A stretch of 64,000 bases of DNA from Myxococcota bacterium (GTDB lineage: Bacteria; Myxococcota; XYA12-FULL-58-9; JALHOP01), in contig JBGGMJ010000105.1 of assembly GCA_041288095.1 (NCBI GenBank), positions 1-64,000 on the forward strand, given 5' to 3'. Numbering within the stretch: position 1 is the stretch's first letter; each line of letters begins with the position of its first letter. The notes beneath the pieces were generated by a model. That model did no database searches and was not told the origin of the DNA. It saw only the letters and a program-made list of their open reading frames with translations. Both the position numbers and the translations under genes were made by a program. Shown one piece after another: positions 1-11,000 of this stretch.

Positions 1-686
1 TGCTCCTGCTCTGGAGCCATGTAGCCGGGTGTGCCGAGGATGGCGCCGTGCGGCAGGATGGCCGTCGAGCGGCCGGTGCCCTTGTCGATCCAGCGAGCCG
101 CGTCGAAGTCGTAGAGCTTCACGCTGACACTGTCGCTGCCGATGAGGCCGCCGGGCGTGAGCATGAGATTGTCGGGCTTGACGTCGCAGTGAATGACGCC
201 AGCGGCGTGCACGGCATCCAAGGCATCGGCGAGCTGAATCGCGATCTGCAAGCTGTCGCGAAGCGAGAGTACGCTTTCGCGGACGAGGCGCTCGCGCAGA
301 GTTTCGCCCTGCAAGAGCTCGATGGCGGCGTAGCGCTCTTCGCAGTGACCGCGCTCGATGAGCCGCACCACGTTCGGGTGGCTGAGCCGCTCGAGCAGCT
401 CGCACTCGAGCTGGAAGCGCATGATCTTCGTCAGGCTATCGCCGTGGCAAGGAAGCATCAGCTTCAGCGCCACGCGGCGACCATCCTCGAGGTGCTCGGC
501 GACGTAAACGCGCGATGACGCGCCTTCGCCGAGCACCTCGAGAACCCGGTATGGGCCCACGACAACATCGACCGCCACGTCCGACTCAGCGCGCCCGAAA
601 GCACGGTAGGTCGTCCCGTAACGCGTCCCCTCGACGCCCTCGACACCCACGATGTTGCTCACCTGACGCCCCCCATCACATCCCAT
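1..686 (-). CDS. Hanks-type Ser/Thr protein kinase, truncated by the window edge (not in ORF track)
   Basis: Manual translation of the minus strand gives YRVLEVLGEGASSRVY, VALK, HPNVV, IHCDVKPDN, KLYDFD and GTPGYMAPEQ. Start is ATG 686 or GTG 662. Confidence 0.9.
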   Translation of the reverse strand, partial: MGCDGGRQVSNIVGVEGVEGTRYGTTYRAFGRAESDVAVDVVVGPYRVLEVLGEGASSRVYVAEHLEDGRRVALKLMLPCHGDSLTKIMRFQLECELLERLSHPNVVRLIERGHCEERYAAIELLQGETLRERLVRESVLSLRDSLQIAIQLADALDAVHAAGVIHCDVKPDNLMLTPGGLIGSDSVSVKLYDFDAARWIDKGTGRSTAILPHGAILGTPGYMAPEQE

Positions 687-730
687 ACGGACGGTCGCCA
701 CGCCTCGAACCAACCTGTGAGGCAGTACCT

Positions 731-746
731 AGCAGCCCCCGTGCCA
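731..746 (-). promoter_or_regulatory. sigma54 (-24/-12) promoter of the kinase gene
   Basis: Minus strand reads TGGCACGGGGGCTGCT (GG-N10-GC), near the consensus TGGCACG-N4-TTGCW, about 45 nt before ATG 686. Confidence 0.75.
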
Positions 747-986
747 GCGCCTGGAAAGGCCTTTCTGGTGAGGTTCTGCGCCACGTTTGGCCCAGAAATG
801 GGCCACTACGCTGGGGATTTGGCCGGCGGGGGGCGGCGGGTGTGTGGCCAAAGTCCACCTCCATCGCCAGATTGACTCAATCGCGGGTGTTTACCGGCGG
901 CGAACAGCCACCAACACCCAGCACGATCGCGCGAAGCCTTGGCCCCCCGATGGCAAGGGCGCGTGCCTGTGTTATAGCGCCGCCCA

Positions 987-3899
987 ATGTCGGCCGCGGA
1001 GTACCTCATGAACGCCAACGAGCCCACTCTCAGCTCGGTCCCCCTGTCCCTCGATGCCGTCGATACCTTCGTCGACCGCCACATCGGGCCCAGCCACGAC
1101 GAAGAGCGGGCCATGCTCGAAGCCTTGGGCTTCGCCTCGCTCGAGGCGCTGACCAACGCCACAGTCCCCGAGAGCATCCGCACCCAGGCGCCGCTCAAGG
1201 TCGGGCCGGCGCGCGGCGAATACGAGCTGCTCGCCGAGCTGCGTACGATGGCCGGCAAGAACAAGGTGCTCCGCAGCTTCATCGGCCAGGGCTACTACGA
1301 CACCATCGTGCCGCCGGTGATCCAGCGAAACATCCTCGAGAACCCAGGCTGGTATACTCAGTATACTCCCTACCAACCCGAGATCTCCCAGGGCCGTCTC
1401 GAGGCGTTGCTCAACTTCCAGACGATGATCGGCGACATGACCGGTCTTCCGATCGCCAACGCTTCGTTGCTCGACGAAGCCACCGCCGCCGCCGAAGCCA
1501 TGGCGATGTGCCGTACGCAGTCGCCCGATCGTGACACTTTCGTCGTCGCCGCCAACTGCTTCCCGCAGACCATCGAGCTCCTGAAGACCCGCGCCGAGCC
1601 GCTCGGCATCAAGGTCATCGTCGCCGACCCGGCCCGCTTCGAGCTCACCGCCCAGGTGTTCGGCGTGCTCGTGCAGACGCCGACGGCGGACGGCCGCGTC
1701 GTCGACTACACCGACCTCCTCGCCAAGGCGAAAGCCGCGGGCGCCGTCGCCGTGGTCGCCGGCGACTTGCTGGCGCTTACCCTCATGAAGACGCCGGGCG
1801 AAATGGGCGCGGACATCGCCATCGGCTCGGCGCAACGCTTTGGCGTACCACTCGGCTTTGGCGGACCGCACGCAGCGTTCATTTCGTGCACCGAGGGCTT
1901 CAAGCGCGTGCTCGCCGGCCGCATCGACGGCGTTTCGAAGGATTCCAAGGGCCGCCCGGCGCTACGCCTCGCCATGCAAACGCGCGAGCAACACATCCGT
2001 CGCGAAAAGGCGACGAGCAACATCTGCACCGCGCAGGTCCTCCTCGCCAACATGGCCGGCATGTACGCGGTCTACCACGGACCCAAAGGGCTGCGGCGCA
2101 TCGCCGATCGCGTCCACCTCGCGGCGCGCACTCTCGCCAAGGGCCTGCAGATCTTGAAGTTCAAGATCGCCCACGATCAGTATTTCGACACCATTCGCGT
2201 CGAGCTCGCCGGTGAGCCCGCCGACGACGTGCTCGCCCGCGCCCGCAGCCGTGGCTTCAATCTCGCGAAGGCTTCGCCGGTCGCCGTGACCATCGCCCTC
2301 GATGAGACCGTCACCGCGAGCGACATCGCCATCTTGCTCACTGTCTTCTGCGAGGGCTGCTCGCTCGACGTCGACGACCTGGCGAAGAACGCCGGCCCGG
2401 CGCTGCCCACGGCGCTGCGTCGCAAGAGCGCGTATCTCACCCACGAGGTCTTCAACAGCCATCACTCCGAGACCGAGCTGTTGCGCTACATGCACCGCCT
2501 CGAGGCGAAGGACATCGCCCTCAACACCAGCATGATCCCGCTCGGCTCGTGCACCATGAAGCTCAACGGCACCGCCGAGATGATACCGTTGTCGTGGCCC
2601 GAGCTGTCACGCATGCACCCGTTCGCTCCGCGCGAGCAGACACGTGGTTACACCGATCTGTTCACCTCGCTCGAGCGCATGATCGCGGACATCACCGGCT
2701 TCGCGGCGGTGTCGCTGCAGCCTAATGCCGGTTCGCAGGGTGAATACGCGGGGCTGCTCGTCATCCGCCAGTTCCACAAAGAGCGTGGTCAAGGTCACCG
2801 CAAGGTCTGCCTCATCCCGGAGTCGGCGCACGGCACCAACCCGGCGAGCGCCGTCATGGCGGGCATGCGCGTCGTCGCGGTGAAGAACGACGAGCGCGGC
2901 AACATCGATCTCGCCGATCTCCGCAACAAGGCGCAGGAGCACTCGGGCGACCTAGCGGCCCTGATGGTCACCTACCCGTCGACCTACGGCGTTTTCGAGG
3001 AAGGCATCCGCGAGGTCTGCGACATCGTCCACTCGAACGGCGGTCAGGTTTACATGGACGGCGCCAACCTGAACGCTCAGGTCGGTCTCGCCCGCCCTGG
3101 TGAGATCGGCGCGGACGTCTGCCACCTGAATCTGCACAAGACCTTCGCCATCCCTCACGGCGGCGGTGGCCCCGGCATGGGTCCGATCGCCGTCGCCAAG
3201 CACCTCGCGGCTTATCTGCCCGGCCACCCGACCACCAAGGTCGGCGGTGACAAGGCCATCGGTCCGGTGTCGGCGGCGCCGTGGGGCAGCGCTTCGATCC
3301 TCACCATCTCGTGGGTGTACATGATGCTGATGGGCAGCCAAGGGCTGACGAAGGCCACTCAGGTCGCCATCCTCAACGCCAACTACATGGCGAAGCGCCT
3401 CGAGCCCCACTACAAGGTGCTCTTCAAGGGCAGTAAAGGCCAAGTCGCGCACGAGTTCATCCTCGACATGCGTCCGTTCCAGCAGACGGCCGGCATCGGC
3501 GTCGAGGACGTGGCCAAGCGGCTCATGGACTTCGGCTTCCACGCTCCGACGATGTCCTGGCCGGTCGCTGGCACCATCATGGTCGAGCCCACCGAGAGCG
3601 AGTCGAAGGCCGAGCTCGACCGCTTCTGCGACGCGCTCATCGCCATCCGCGAAGAGATTCGCAGCATCGAAGAAGGCAAGCTCTCGCGCGACGACAATCC
3701 GCTGAAGCACGCCCCGCACACCGCCGAGGAAGTCACCGCGACGGAGTGGTCGCATGCCTATCGTCGCGAGCAGGCGGCATACCCGGCCAAGTGGGTGAAG
3801 GCCGCCAAGTACTGGCCGCCGGTGGCGCGCGTCGACAACGCCTACGGCGATCGCAACTTCGTGTGCTCGTGCCCGCCGATGAGCGACTACGACAAGTAG
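987..3899 (+). CDS. gcvP: Glycine dehydrogenase (glycine cleavage P protein, single chain)
   Basis: [45 protein letters not shown]-Lys motif HLNLHKTF, and C-terminal [10 protein letters not shown]. True start may be ATG 1008. Confidence 0.98.
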   Translation: MSAAEYLMNANEPTLSSVPLSLDAVDTFVDRHIGPSHDEERAMLEALGFASLEALTNATVPESIRTQAPLKVGPARGEYELLAELRTMAGKNKVLRSFIGQGYYDTIVPPVIQRNILENPGWYTQYTPYQPEISQGRLEALLNFQTMIGDMTGLPIANASLLDEATAAAEAMAMCRTQSPDRDTFVVAANCFPQTIELLKTRAEPLGIKVIVADPARFELTAQVFGVLVQTPTADGRVVDYTDLLAKAKAAGAVAVVAGDLLALTLMKTPGEMGADIAIGSAQRFGVPLGFGGPHAAFISCTEGFKRVLAGRIDGVSKDSKGRPALRLAMQTREQHIRREKATSNICTAQVLLANMAGMYAVYHGPKGLRRIADRVHLAARTLAKGLQILKFKIAHDQYFDTIRVELAGEPADDVLARARSRGFNLAKASPVAVTIALDETVTASDIAILLTVFCEGCSLDVDDLAKNAGPALPTALRRKSAYLTHEVFNSHHSETELLRYMHRLEAKDIALNTSMIPLGSCTMKLNGTAEMIPLSWPELSRMHPFAPREQTRGYTDLFTSLERMIADITGFAAVSLQPNAGSQGEYAGLLVIRQFHKERGQGHRKVCLIPESAHGTNPASAVMAGMRVVAVKNDERGNIDLADLRNKAQEHSGDLAALMVTYPSTYGVFEEGIREVCDIVHSNGGQVYMDGANLNAQVGLARPGEIGADVCHLNLHKTFAIPHGGGGPGMGPIAVAKHLAAYLPGHPTTKVGGDKAIGPVSAAPWGSASILTISWVYMMLMGSQGLTKATQVAILNANYMAKRLEPHYKVLFKGSKGQVAHEFILDMRPFQQTAGIGVEDVAKRLMDFGFHAPTMSWPVAGTIMVEPTESESKAELDRFCDALIAIREEIRSIEEGKLSRDDNPLKHAPHTAEEVTATEWSHAYRREQAAYPAKWVKAAKYWPPVARVDNAYGDRNFVCSCPPMSDYDK

Positions 3900-3911
3900 G
3901 CCGCTCCGCTA

Positions 3912-4979
3912 TCACTTGCGCTTCCGTTCGCCTTCGAGCGCCAACAAGCGCTCCTTCACGTCGATGCCCCAGCGATAGCCGTGCATCTTGCCGTCCGAGC
4001 CGACGGCGCGATGACAAGGCACGAGCACCGAGATCTCGTTGCGGCCGCACGCCGTGCCGACGGCGCGAACGGCGCGCGGCTTGCCAATCTTCTTGGCGAG
4101 CTCGGCGTAGGTCATCGTCGTGCCGGCGGGGATCTTGCGAAGCGCGTTCCAGACGCGCTCCTGGAAGACCGTGCCGCGTAGCTCGAGTGGCAAATCGATG
4201 ACCGCGCCCTCATCGATGTGGCGCACCACGGAGCGCACCCAAGCCGCGAGCGAGTCGTCCTTTTTGACGGACACGGCGTTGGCAAAGCTCTCACGCAAGT
4301 CGGCAACCAGCTTGTCTTCGTCGCCGCCTAGATAGATGGCGCAGACGCCGCGGTTGCCGGCAGCCACCAGCACCTTGCCGAGCGTGCAGCGCGCCACCGC
4401 GTAACGCACCGCGACTCCAACACCACGACCTTTGAACGCCTTGGGCGTCATCCCCAAGCTCGCGTCCGCTTCAGCGTAGAAGCGTCCACTCGACTCGAAG
4501 CCGGCGTCGTACATCGCCTGCGTCACGGTGCCGCGACCCCGCAGCGCCGTCCGCGCCCGATGGCGACGCCGCGCCTGGGCATAGGCCCGCGGCGTCAGCC
4601 CGGTCGCCGCCTTGAAGACGCGATGGAGATGATACGGTGACATGCCCACCGCACGCGCCAAAACCTCGAGCGACAGGCGGCTATCGCTGGCATCGATGAC
4701 CGCGCAAACCCGAGCCACGATATCGCCGTGCGCCGCGACGGGAGTCGTCGGCTTGCAGCGCTTGCAGGCCCGAAACCCGGCGCGCTCGGCGGCCGCGGTG
4801 CTCCCGAAAAACCGGACGTTCTCGCGGCGTGGCAAACGCGAGGCACAGCTCGGCTTACAGAACACCCCGGTGGTTTCGACGGCGTAGTAGAAGGTGCCGT
4901 CGGCCTCACGGTCGCGATCACGAATCGCTTGGTAACGCGCGGCATCGGACACAGCAGCAGACATTGCAAATGCACTCAT
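3912..4979 (-). CDS. ada: Bifunctional Ada regulator / O6-methylguanine-DNA methyltransferase
   Basis: Ada Zn site TTGVFCKPSC...GFRACKRC, AraC HTH, and C-terminal PCHRAV. AAGGAG RBS precedes ATG 4979; the ORF-track extension to 5213 overlaps alkB. Confidence 0.95.
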   Translation of the reverse strand: MSAFAMSAAVSDAARYQAIRDRDREADGTFYYAVETTGVFCKPSCASRLPRRENVRFFGSTAAAERAGFRACKRCKPTTPVAAHGDIVARVCAVIDASDSRLSLEVLARAVGMSPYHLHRVFKAATGLTPRAYAQARRRHRARTALRGRGTVTQAMYDAGFESSGRFYAEADASLGMTPKAFKGRGVGVAVRYAVARCTLGKVLVAAGNRGVCAIYLGGDEDKLVADLRESFANAVSVKKDDSLAAWVRSVVRHIDEGAVIDLPLELRGTVFQERVWNALRKIPAGTTMTYAELAKKIGKPRAVRAVGTACGRNEISVLVPCHRAVGSDGKMHGYRWGIDVKERLLALEGERKRK

Positions 4980-5037
4980 ACTCGAGGCTCCTTGTGTGCA
5001 CATCATGTCCAAGGGCGCAGGCCCCGAAACTCCGAAA

Positions 5038-5051
5038 CTTGCGGTCCAATT
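5038..5051 (-). promoter_or_regulatory. Ada box (AAT-N6-GCAA)
   Basis: Minus strand AATTGGACCGCAAG matches the A-box/B-box spacing of the E. coli ada promoter (AATTAAAGCGCAAG), about 60 nt upstream of ada. Confidence 0.7.
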
Positions 5052-5052
5052 C

Positions 5053-5667
5053 ATGAACCTCTTCGTGGCAAACCAACTTCCCGAAGGTGTCGTCCTGCTG
5101 CCTGGCGTGGCCCGCGACCCAGCCATCCTCGACGCCGTGAACGCGGTGATCGCCGCGGCGCCCCTGCGCACCATGGTCACGCCGCGCGGTCCGATGTCGG
5201 TGCGCATGACCAACTGCGGCAGGCTCGGCTGGGTCTCCGACGCCGACGGCTACCGCTACTCACTCGTCGATCCAATGACACGACACCCGTGGCCAGCCAT
5301 GCCCGCGGCACTCTCGACTCTCGCCCAGCGCTGCGCCGCCGACGCCGGCTTCGCGCCGTTCGACCCCGACGCCTGCCTCGTCAACCAGTACGTCCCCGGC
5401 GCCCAGATGGGCTTGCACCAAGATCGCGACGAGCTCGACTTCTCCCAGCCCATCGTCTCCGTGTCGCTCGGCTTACCGGCGCGCTTCACCATCGGCGGCG
5501 ACACGCGCAAACATCCGACGTTCGACCTCGACGTCGAGCACGGCGACGTTGTCGTTTTTGGCGGACCAGCGCGGCGCATGTACCACGGGGTCAAGCGGCT
5601 GGCGCCGGGCCACCACCCGGCGCTCGGCCCTCAGCGCCTCAATTTGACGTTTCGGCGGGCGGGTTGA
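5053..5667 (+). CDS. alkB: DNA oxidative demethylase AlkB (2OG-Fe(II) dioxygenase)
   Basis: MSVRMTNCGRLGWVSD..GYRY, HQD iron motif, YHGV, RLNLTFR. Start is ATG 5053 (or 5005). Confidence 0.95.
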   Translation: MNLFVANQLPEGVVLLPGVARDPAILDAVNAVIAAAPLRTMVTPRGPMSVRMTNCGRLGWVSDADGYRYSLVDPMTRHPWPAMPAALSTLAQRCAADAGFAPFDPDACLVNQYVPGAQMGLHQDRDELDFSQPIVSVSLGLPARFTIGGDTRKHPTFDLDVEHGDVVVFGGPARRMYHGVKRLAPGHHPALGPQRLNLTFRRAG

Positions 5668-5965
5668 GCACGCTCGCGAGCGCCGGACAGCTCCACGCGT
5701 CGAGACCGGCCTCGCGTGCGCTCGCGACCGTCAGCTCGTAGCGCATGTCCGGCGGCGCGTTGGCGATTGCTTCCACGAGTCGACGCGCTTGACGACCGAA
5801 GGCTACGTTCGGAGCCTGCTCCATGAAGCGCGCGAAGCGCATCGGGGGTGTGGTGCGCGGCTCGGTGAGGATCTCGGTAGCGAGCTTGCACAAGCCGCCG
5901 AAGTCGCGACGCGCGCAACCAGCAGCGAGTATCAGGGCCGCGATCAAGCAGCTCCTAAGCAGCAT
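5639..5965 (-). CDS. Hypothetical lipoprotein
   Basis: Signal peptide with lipobox LAAGC. Start overlaps the stop of the upstream gene. Confidence 0.6.
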   Translation of the reverse strand: MLLRSCLIAALILAAGCARRDFGGLCKLATEILTEPRTTPPMRFARFMEQAPNVAFGRQARRLVEAIANAPPDMRYELTVASAREAGLDAWSCPALASVLNPPAETSN

Positions 5966-6863
5966 GGAACGTGAGTAGCCCAGCTTCCCACAGCAGGTAA
6001 ACGACCATGATGGCGGAGCGCCGTCGCTGCGGATTGTCGGTGAAGCGTCCCAGCAAGGCCGTCAGCGTGCTCGAGCCGTCGAGCTGGCTGAGTACGGTGC
6101 GCTCCGTGGGCGTCAGCTTGAACTCGGTCTCCTCGAGCGACACGTCGGGCGAGAGCTCGACACGTTGATGTTTGCCCTTACCGAGGCGGTCGAGCAGGAT
6201 GCTTTCAGGAAGGTCACGGGCCGCCCGCACCAAGAGCTCCGCCGCGTCGAGCCGGAGGTCGAACTTCTCTCCGACGTAGCGCTGCTCGTCGAAGTACGTG
6301 AGCTCGCCGTCATCCCAGGCGCAGAGATCGACCAGGCGCATGATTTGCTGATCACGCAACGCCGCGATCACGTCGGGCTCTTCCATGACGTTCGTCTTGA
6401 TGAGGGTGACTCCAAGGCTGTCGCCGCTGGTGGTCATGACGTCGAGCGCATCCTCGAGCGCCTTGGGGGAGAGCTCACCGCGACTGACCAGATAGGAGCC
6501 GAAGCGCTCGTTTTCGATGTTCGAGGCCGCGAACACCGGGTGACCTTGCTCGAGGAAGACGTCCTTGTTGTGTCCGCCGCGACGCACGGAGAGCAGCCCG
6601 GTCGCCCGTTTCAAGAAGAGCTCGTAGAAGACGCTGAAGAACGTGCGGCTCTTGAGGTTGCCCTCGAAATTTTCCAGAGGCGGCGCGCTGCCGACCAGCA
6701 CTTCGAGCTCCTCGAAGCTCTGGCGCGGCAGAAATGGTCCGCTATTGCGCGCAAAGCGCACATCGGGGCCGACGGTGCCCATGGCAATCAGCTCGCGGAC
6801 CAACTCGAGGCGGATCGGCCCCAAGACCCCACGCTTTGGATCGTGCAGCTTGTAGTAACCCAT
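5955..6863 (-). CDS. GYF-like N-terminus plus DUF4388-like domain protein
   Basis: N-terminal GVLGPIRLELVRELIAMG; RATGLLSV...VFLEQGHPVFAASN..ERFGSYLV..G and WDDGELTY are typical of DUF4388. Confidence 0.75.
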   Translation of the reverse strand: MGYYKLHDPKRGVLGPIRLELVRELIAMGTVGPDVRFARNSGPFLPRQSFEELEVLVGSAPPLENFEGNLKSRTFFSVFYELFLKRATGLLSVRRGGHNKDVFLEQGHPVFAASNIENERFGSYLVSRGELSPKALEDALDVMTTSGDSLGVTLIKTNVMEEPDVIAALRDQQIMRLVDLCAWDDGELTYFDEQRYVGEKFDLRLDAAELLVRAARDLPESILLDRLGKGKHQRVELSPDVSLEETEFKLTPTERTVLSQLDGSSTLTALLGRFTDNPQRRRSAIMVVYLLWEAGLLTFHAA

Positions 6864-6933
6864 TGCGACGACGACTAAATTAGCCCGACAACGGACGTGA
6901 CGCACGCCCATCACTCGCGCTACAGCCTCATGT

Positions 6934-7950
6934 GTGCGCGCGTATGCGATCAGTGACTCCTTTGGCATCGACAACCTTCGCCTCGTCGAGCGTGATTCAC
7001 CGCGTCCCGGCAAGGGCGAGGTCGTCATGCAGATGCGCGCCTGCTCGCTGAACTACCGCGACCTGCGCATGGTACGCGGCGAGTACAACCCCAAACAGCC
7101 GTTGCCGCTGGTCCCTCTGTCCGACGGCGCGGGCGAAATCGTCGCCATCGGCGAGGGGGTAACGCGCGTGGAAGTCGGTGACCGCGTCACCACGTTGTTC
7201 TCGCCGCATCGTCAAGGCGGCCGCCCCACCCGCGCGACGATCAGCAAGAACCTCGGCGGTCCGCTCGATGGAGCCCTGCAAGAGCGCTTGCTGCTGCCCG
7301 AGACCGGCGTCGTGCCCATGCCCGCGCACTTGACCTTCGAGGAAGCGGCGACCCTCCCGTGTGCCGGCGTCACCGCTTGGAACGCGCTCGCCACCCAAGG
7401 CGACCTCACCAAGGGCGACACCGTCCTCACCATCGGCACCGGCGGCGTGTCGATCTTCGCCATCCAGATCGCAAAGCTCCTCGGCATGCGGGTCATCGCC
7501 ACGTCGCGCAGCGCCGCCAAGCTCGAGCGCGTCAAAGCCTTGGGGGCCGACTTCACCATCGACACCAGCGCCACGCCCGACTGGTCGAAGGAGGTCCGCA
7601 AGCTGGTCGGCAACGACGGCGTCGATCAGGTCATCGAAGTCGGTGGCGTCGGCACCCTCGAACAGTCCATTCGCTCTGTCCGCCCGGGCGGACAAATCAG
7701 CCTCATTGGGGTCCTGGCCGGCGTCGAGAAACCGCTGAACCTGACGCCCGTGCTCATGCAGAACATTCGCATCCAAGGCGTGTTCGTCGGCGATGCCACG
7801 GTGTCGGCCGACTTCGCGCGGGCCGTCGAGCAAGCACGGCTGCGGCCGGTGGTCGACCGTGTCTTCCCCGTCGACGCGATCCACGATGCTCTTCGCTTCA
7901 TGGAGAGCGGCGAGCACTTCGGCAAGGTGGCGCTGACCCTTTGGCAGTGA
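6934..7950 (+). CDS. NAD(P)-dependent medium-chain alcohol dehydrogenase / quinone reductase
   Basis: SLNYRD, PLSDGAGE, EAATLPCAGVTAWNAL, GTGGVS, HFGKV. Confidence 0.92.
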   Translation: MRAYAISDSFGIDNLRLVERDSPRPGKGEVVMQMRACSLNYRDLRMVRGEYNPKQPLPLVPLSDGAGEIVAIGEGVTRVEVGDRVTTLFSPHRQGGRPTRATISKNLGGPLDGALQERLLLPETGVVPMPAHLTFEEAATLPCAGVTAWNALATQGDLTKGDTVLTIGTGGVSIFAIQIAKLLGMRVIATSRSAAKLERVKALGADFTIDTSATPDWSKEVRKLVGNDGVDQVIEVGGVGTLEQSIRSVRPGGQISLIGVLAGVEKPLNLTPVLMQNIRIQGVFVGDATVSADFARAVEQARLRPVVDRVFPVDAIHDALRFMESGEHFGKVALTLWQ

Positions 7951-7986
7951 CGACGGTCGAGTCGTTCCGACCCTGTCATGTGACCC

Positions 7987-8035
7987 CCGTCACGCCGCCG
8001 CGTCAGAGCCGTCACGCCGTCAGATAAGCGCGTCA
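7987..8035 (+). repeat. Cluster of five CGTCA direct repeats upstream of the giant ORF
   Basis: CGTCA at 7988, 8001, 8010, 8018 and 8031; CCGTCACGCCG occurs twice. Confidence 0.5.
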
Positions 8036-8086
8036 GCCCGGGGGCTTAGGCCAGGGTACCATCGTCTACGGAGCGAGGTACCCACC

Positions 8087-11000
8087 ATGAGAAACGAAGG
8101 CGTCAATCTTTCCCGACTGCTCGTCGAAACCCAGCTCGAGCGCCAAGACGATTGGGAGACGCTGGCCCAGCGCAACATCGACCTGCAGCTGGCTCTCGAG
8201 GCCCAACGCCGCGCTGCCGCGCAAGCGCAGGCCGCCGCCGATGCTCAGGCGGCAAACGATGCTCAGCTCGAAGCCGCGCGTATCGCGGCAGCCGAGGCGG
8301 AGATTGTTCCCCAGGTCATGCTCCCCACCGACGATGAGGCGACCGACCAAGCCGTCTTGGTGTCGGGCACGACCGACGCCGTAACCGAGCCCGGGCCGTA
8401 TGCCCAGGAGCTCGAGACCCAGCTCGCCGGCCTGACGATCACCGAGGACCTCCAGGTGCCGGTCGACAACCTTCGCGCCGCGACCGCTGAAGCGGACGCA
8501 CTCATCGCCGAGGGCTATCACGAGCAGGGCACCGCGATGTACGCGGCGATTCAGTACGCGAGTGAGCCGATCGTCACGGCGCTGGTCGCGGCACAGGTCG
8601 CGCCCGTCACGGCGCAGGCCGCGCCCGCCTCGGCGCAGACCATTGAAAGCCAACCGGTCGCGCAAAAGGCCGCGCAGCAAACAGCGACGTCACCTCTCGA
8701 GCAAGCGCCCCTCGCGGCGCCGAACGACTACTTCACCGGCAGCTTCGATGCCCCCCCTCCGGGCGGCTGGTTCTGGGCTATCGGCGATGCCGGCCGCACC
8801 GGTCAGGATGGCGTCTATCAGTGGCTCTCCGAGGCCGTCACTGCACGCGCCCGGGCGAGCGAGCATGGCGCCTACCTGCTCGCGGGCAGCGATCAGGTGA
8901 CGAGCGTCGGCCAGCATCTCCGGGATGCCGCGGCCTATCCGGTCGGCTTCGAGTTCGAGGTCTACGGCGGCGAGGGCGAACACTACACCCAAACGCAAAC
9001 GCGCATGCTCTCGCGCGACGAGACCATCGCCGAGCTCCGCAATCGCGGAAACGACGACAGCGCCATCGCCACGTATCTCGGTGAGCACGAGCAGTACATG
9101 GTTCAAGCCAGCTACTTCTCGGGCGGCGAAGACGGCACCGTCGTGCCCGCGGTGTATGGGACGCGCGACGCGTACCTCAGCGCCATCGGCCTTCCGCTCG
9201 ACGTACCGATGGACCTGCAGATCGCGTTCAACTACTCGGGCGCGGGCAGCGGCGACGCATGGCTCGACGCCTCGCACGCGCGGATGAGCATGGCGGGGGG
9301 CGGTGTCGAGAGAGCTTACGTCGCCATCGTCGACGACAGGCTCGCCGCTGACTGGGCGCAAATCGGCGACATCGGCCCGATCAACGACGACGTCAACGAG
9401 ATGCTCGGCGATATCTACGGGCGCTACGGCGCGACGACGCCCGAGCAACAAGAGGCGGTTCGTAACGTTCTCTTCAAGTACGACGAACGCTTCGGCGTGC
9501 TCGCGAACCGCGAGTTCGTCGAGGCCGCGGTCGAGAAAAACAACGCGCGTCGCCAGGGCTTCTTCGAGGGCCCGGTTGGCCGCGCGATCCTCAGCGTCGC
9601 GGCGAGCTTCATCCCCGGCGTCGGACCCTACGTTTCGATGATGCTCAACGCCGGCTTCCAGCTGTCCGACGGCGCGTCATTCGGCCAAGTCATCGCCGGC
9701 GCCGCGGTGAGCTACTTCACCCAGCAGTACACCGCGGACTTCGGAAACTACGTCGCCGGGGCCTTCGGCGACAGCATCAGCCCGGCGGTCGCTGAGGTCA
9801 TCGCCGCCGGCGCCCGCAATCTCGGGAACACGGCGATCAACCAGCTCATGTCCGGCAACGGCCTCGATGGTGAGGGCCTACTGCTCGCGGCCGCGGCGGG
9901 TGGCTTCGGCAGCTTCATCACCAACTTCGTCGACGGATCCGACTTCGGTAAAGTGCTCGACGAACAGTTCGGTCGTGGTCGCGCCGGCGACATCATCGGA
10001 CGTTTGGGTGCTTCAGCGGTCGACGGCAAGCTCTCCGCCAGTGACTTCGTCGGTGCCTTCGCGGCCGGTCGCGCGGACCAGGTGACCACCGTCGAGGGCG
10101 CGGACGGCACGCACGTCTTCGTCAAGACCGATACCGGCATGATCACCCGCAACCCGGACGGCAGCATTACCCAGCTCGATGAGGGTGATGACGGCCAGGT
10201 CGTTGCCACCACCTATGACAGTGATGGCAATCGCATCGTTTCGGCGGACGCCTTCACCGGTGCGCTCGCGAATCCGGTATGGCGGACGGCGACGTTGAGT
10301 GATGCGCTGACTGACCAGCTCACCGGCGAGAGCTTGTTCACCGGGCTCGAGGACATCTTCGGCTTGGCGGCCGGCTCCGTGAGCTTCGACGGCTTCACCC
10401 CGGACTTCGACGGCACCTTGTCTCTGTTCGGCTCCGTGCTCGGCGGCGCCAGCCCCCTCGAGCTCGCCGCGCTCCAGGAGGGTGGCTACGGCCTCGACGC
10501 GACCATGACCTCGTTCGTGCCCGACGACGTCGCCGTCGATGCTCCGCCCCCGGATCTCACCTCTAAAACGTACACCAAGGATCAGAATGGTCTCGAGACT
10601 TGGCGCGATCCGGATACCGGCGCCATCATCAAACAGCGCGATGCCAATGGAGCGATGCTCGAGGTCGTCGGCGATCGGCGCGTCATCACCGATCCGCAAG
10701 GTAAGGTCGTCTCCGTGCAAGGCGGCACCCGAGGCGAGGCGCTTCGCCAAGCCCGCGACAGCGGCAGCGGCCTGGTCGAGTGGAACGGCAAGCTCTACAC
10801 CACGGTGACGGAGGAGGACCTCGTCCGCCAAAGCGGTCAGAGCGTCAAGGCGTTCCGTGAGTTCAAGGCGACCAAGGGAGGGACCTACGCGGACTTCCAA
10901 GCCGAGATCACCGCCAACAAGTGGGGCGTGTTGGCTCAGGGGGGCGTCGATACCAAGTACTGGCAGTCGCAAGGCTTCACGCCCGAGCTGGTAGCCGTCA

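Noticed and set aside
687..986. Possible glycine riboswitch upstream of gcvP
   Set aside because: I could not find the conserved GGAGA/CCGAAG/CTCTCAGG aptamer elements; gcvT and gcvH are not adjacent.
4980..5213. N-terminal extension of Ada
   Set aside because: It overlaps alkB antisense, and there is a good RBS at ATG 4979.
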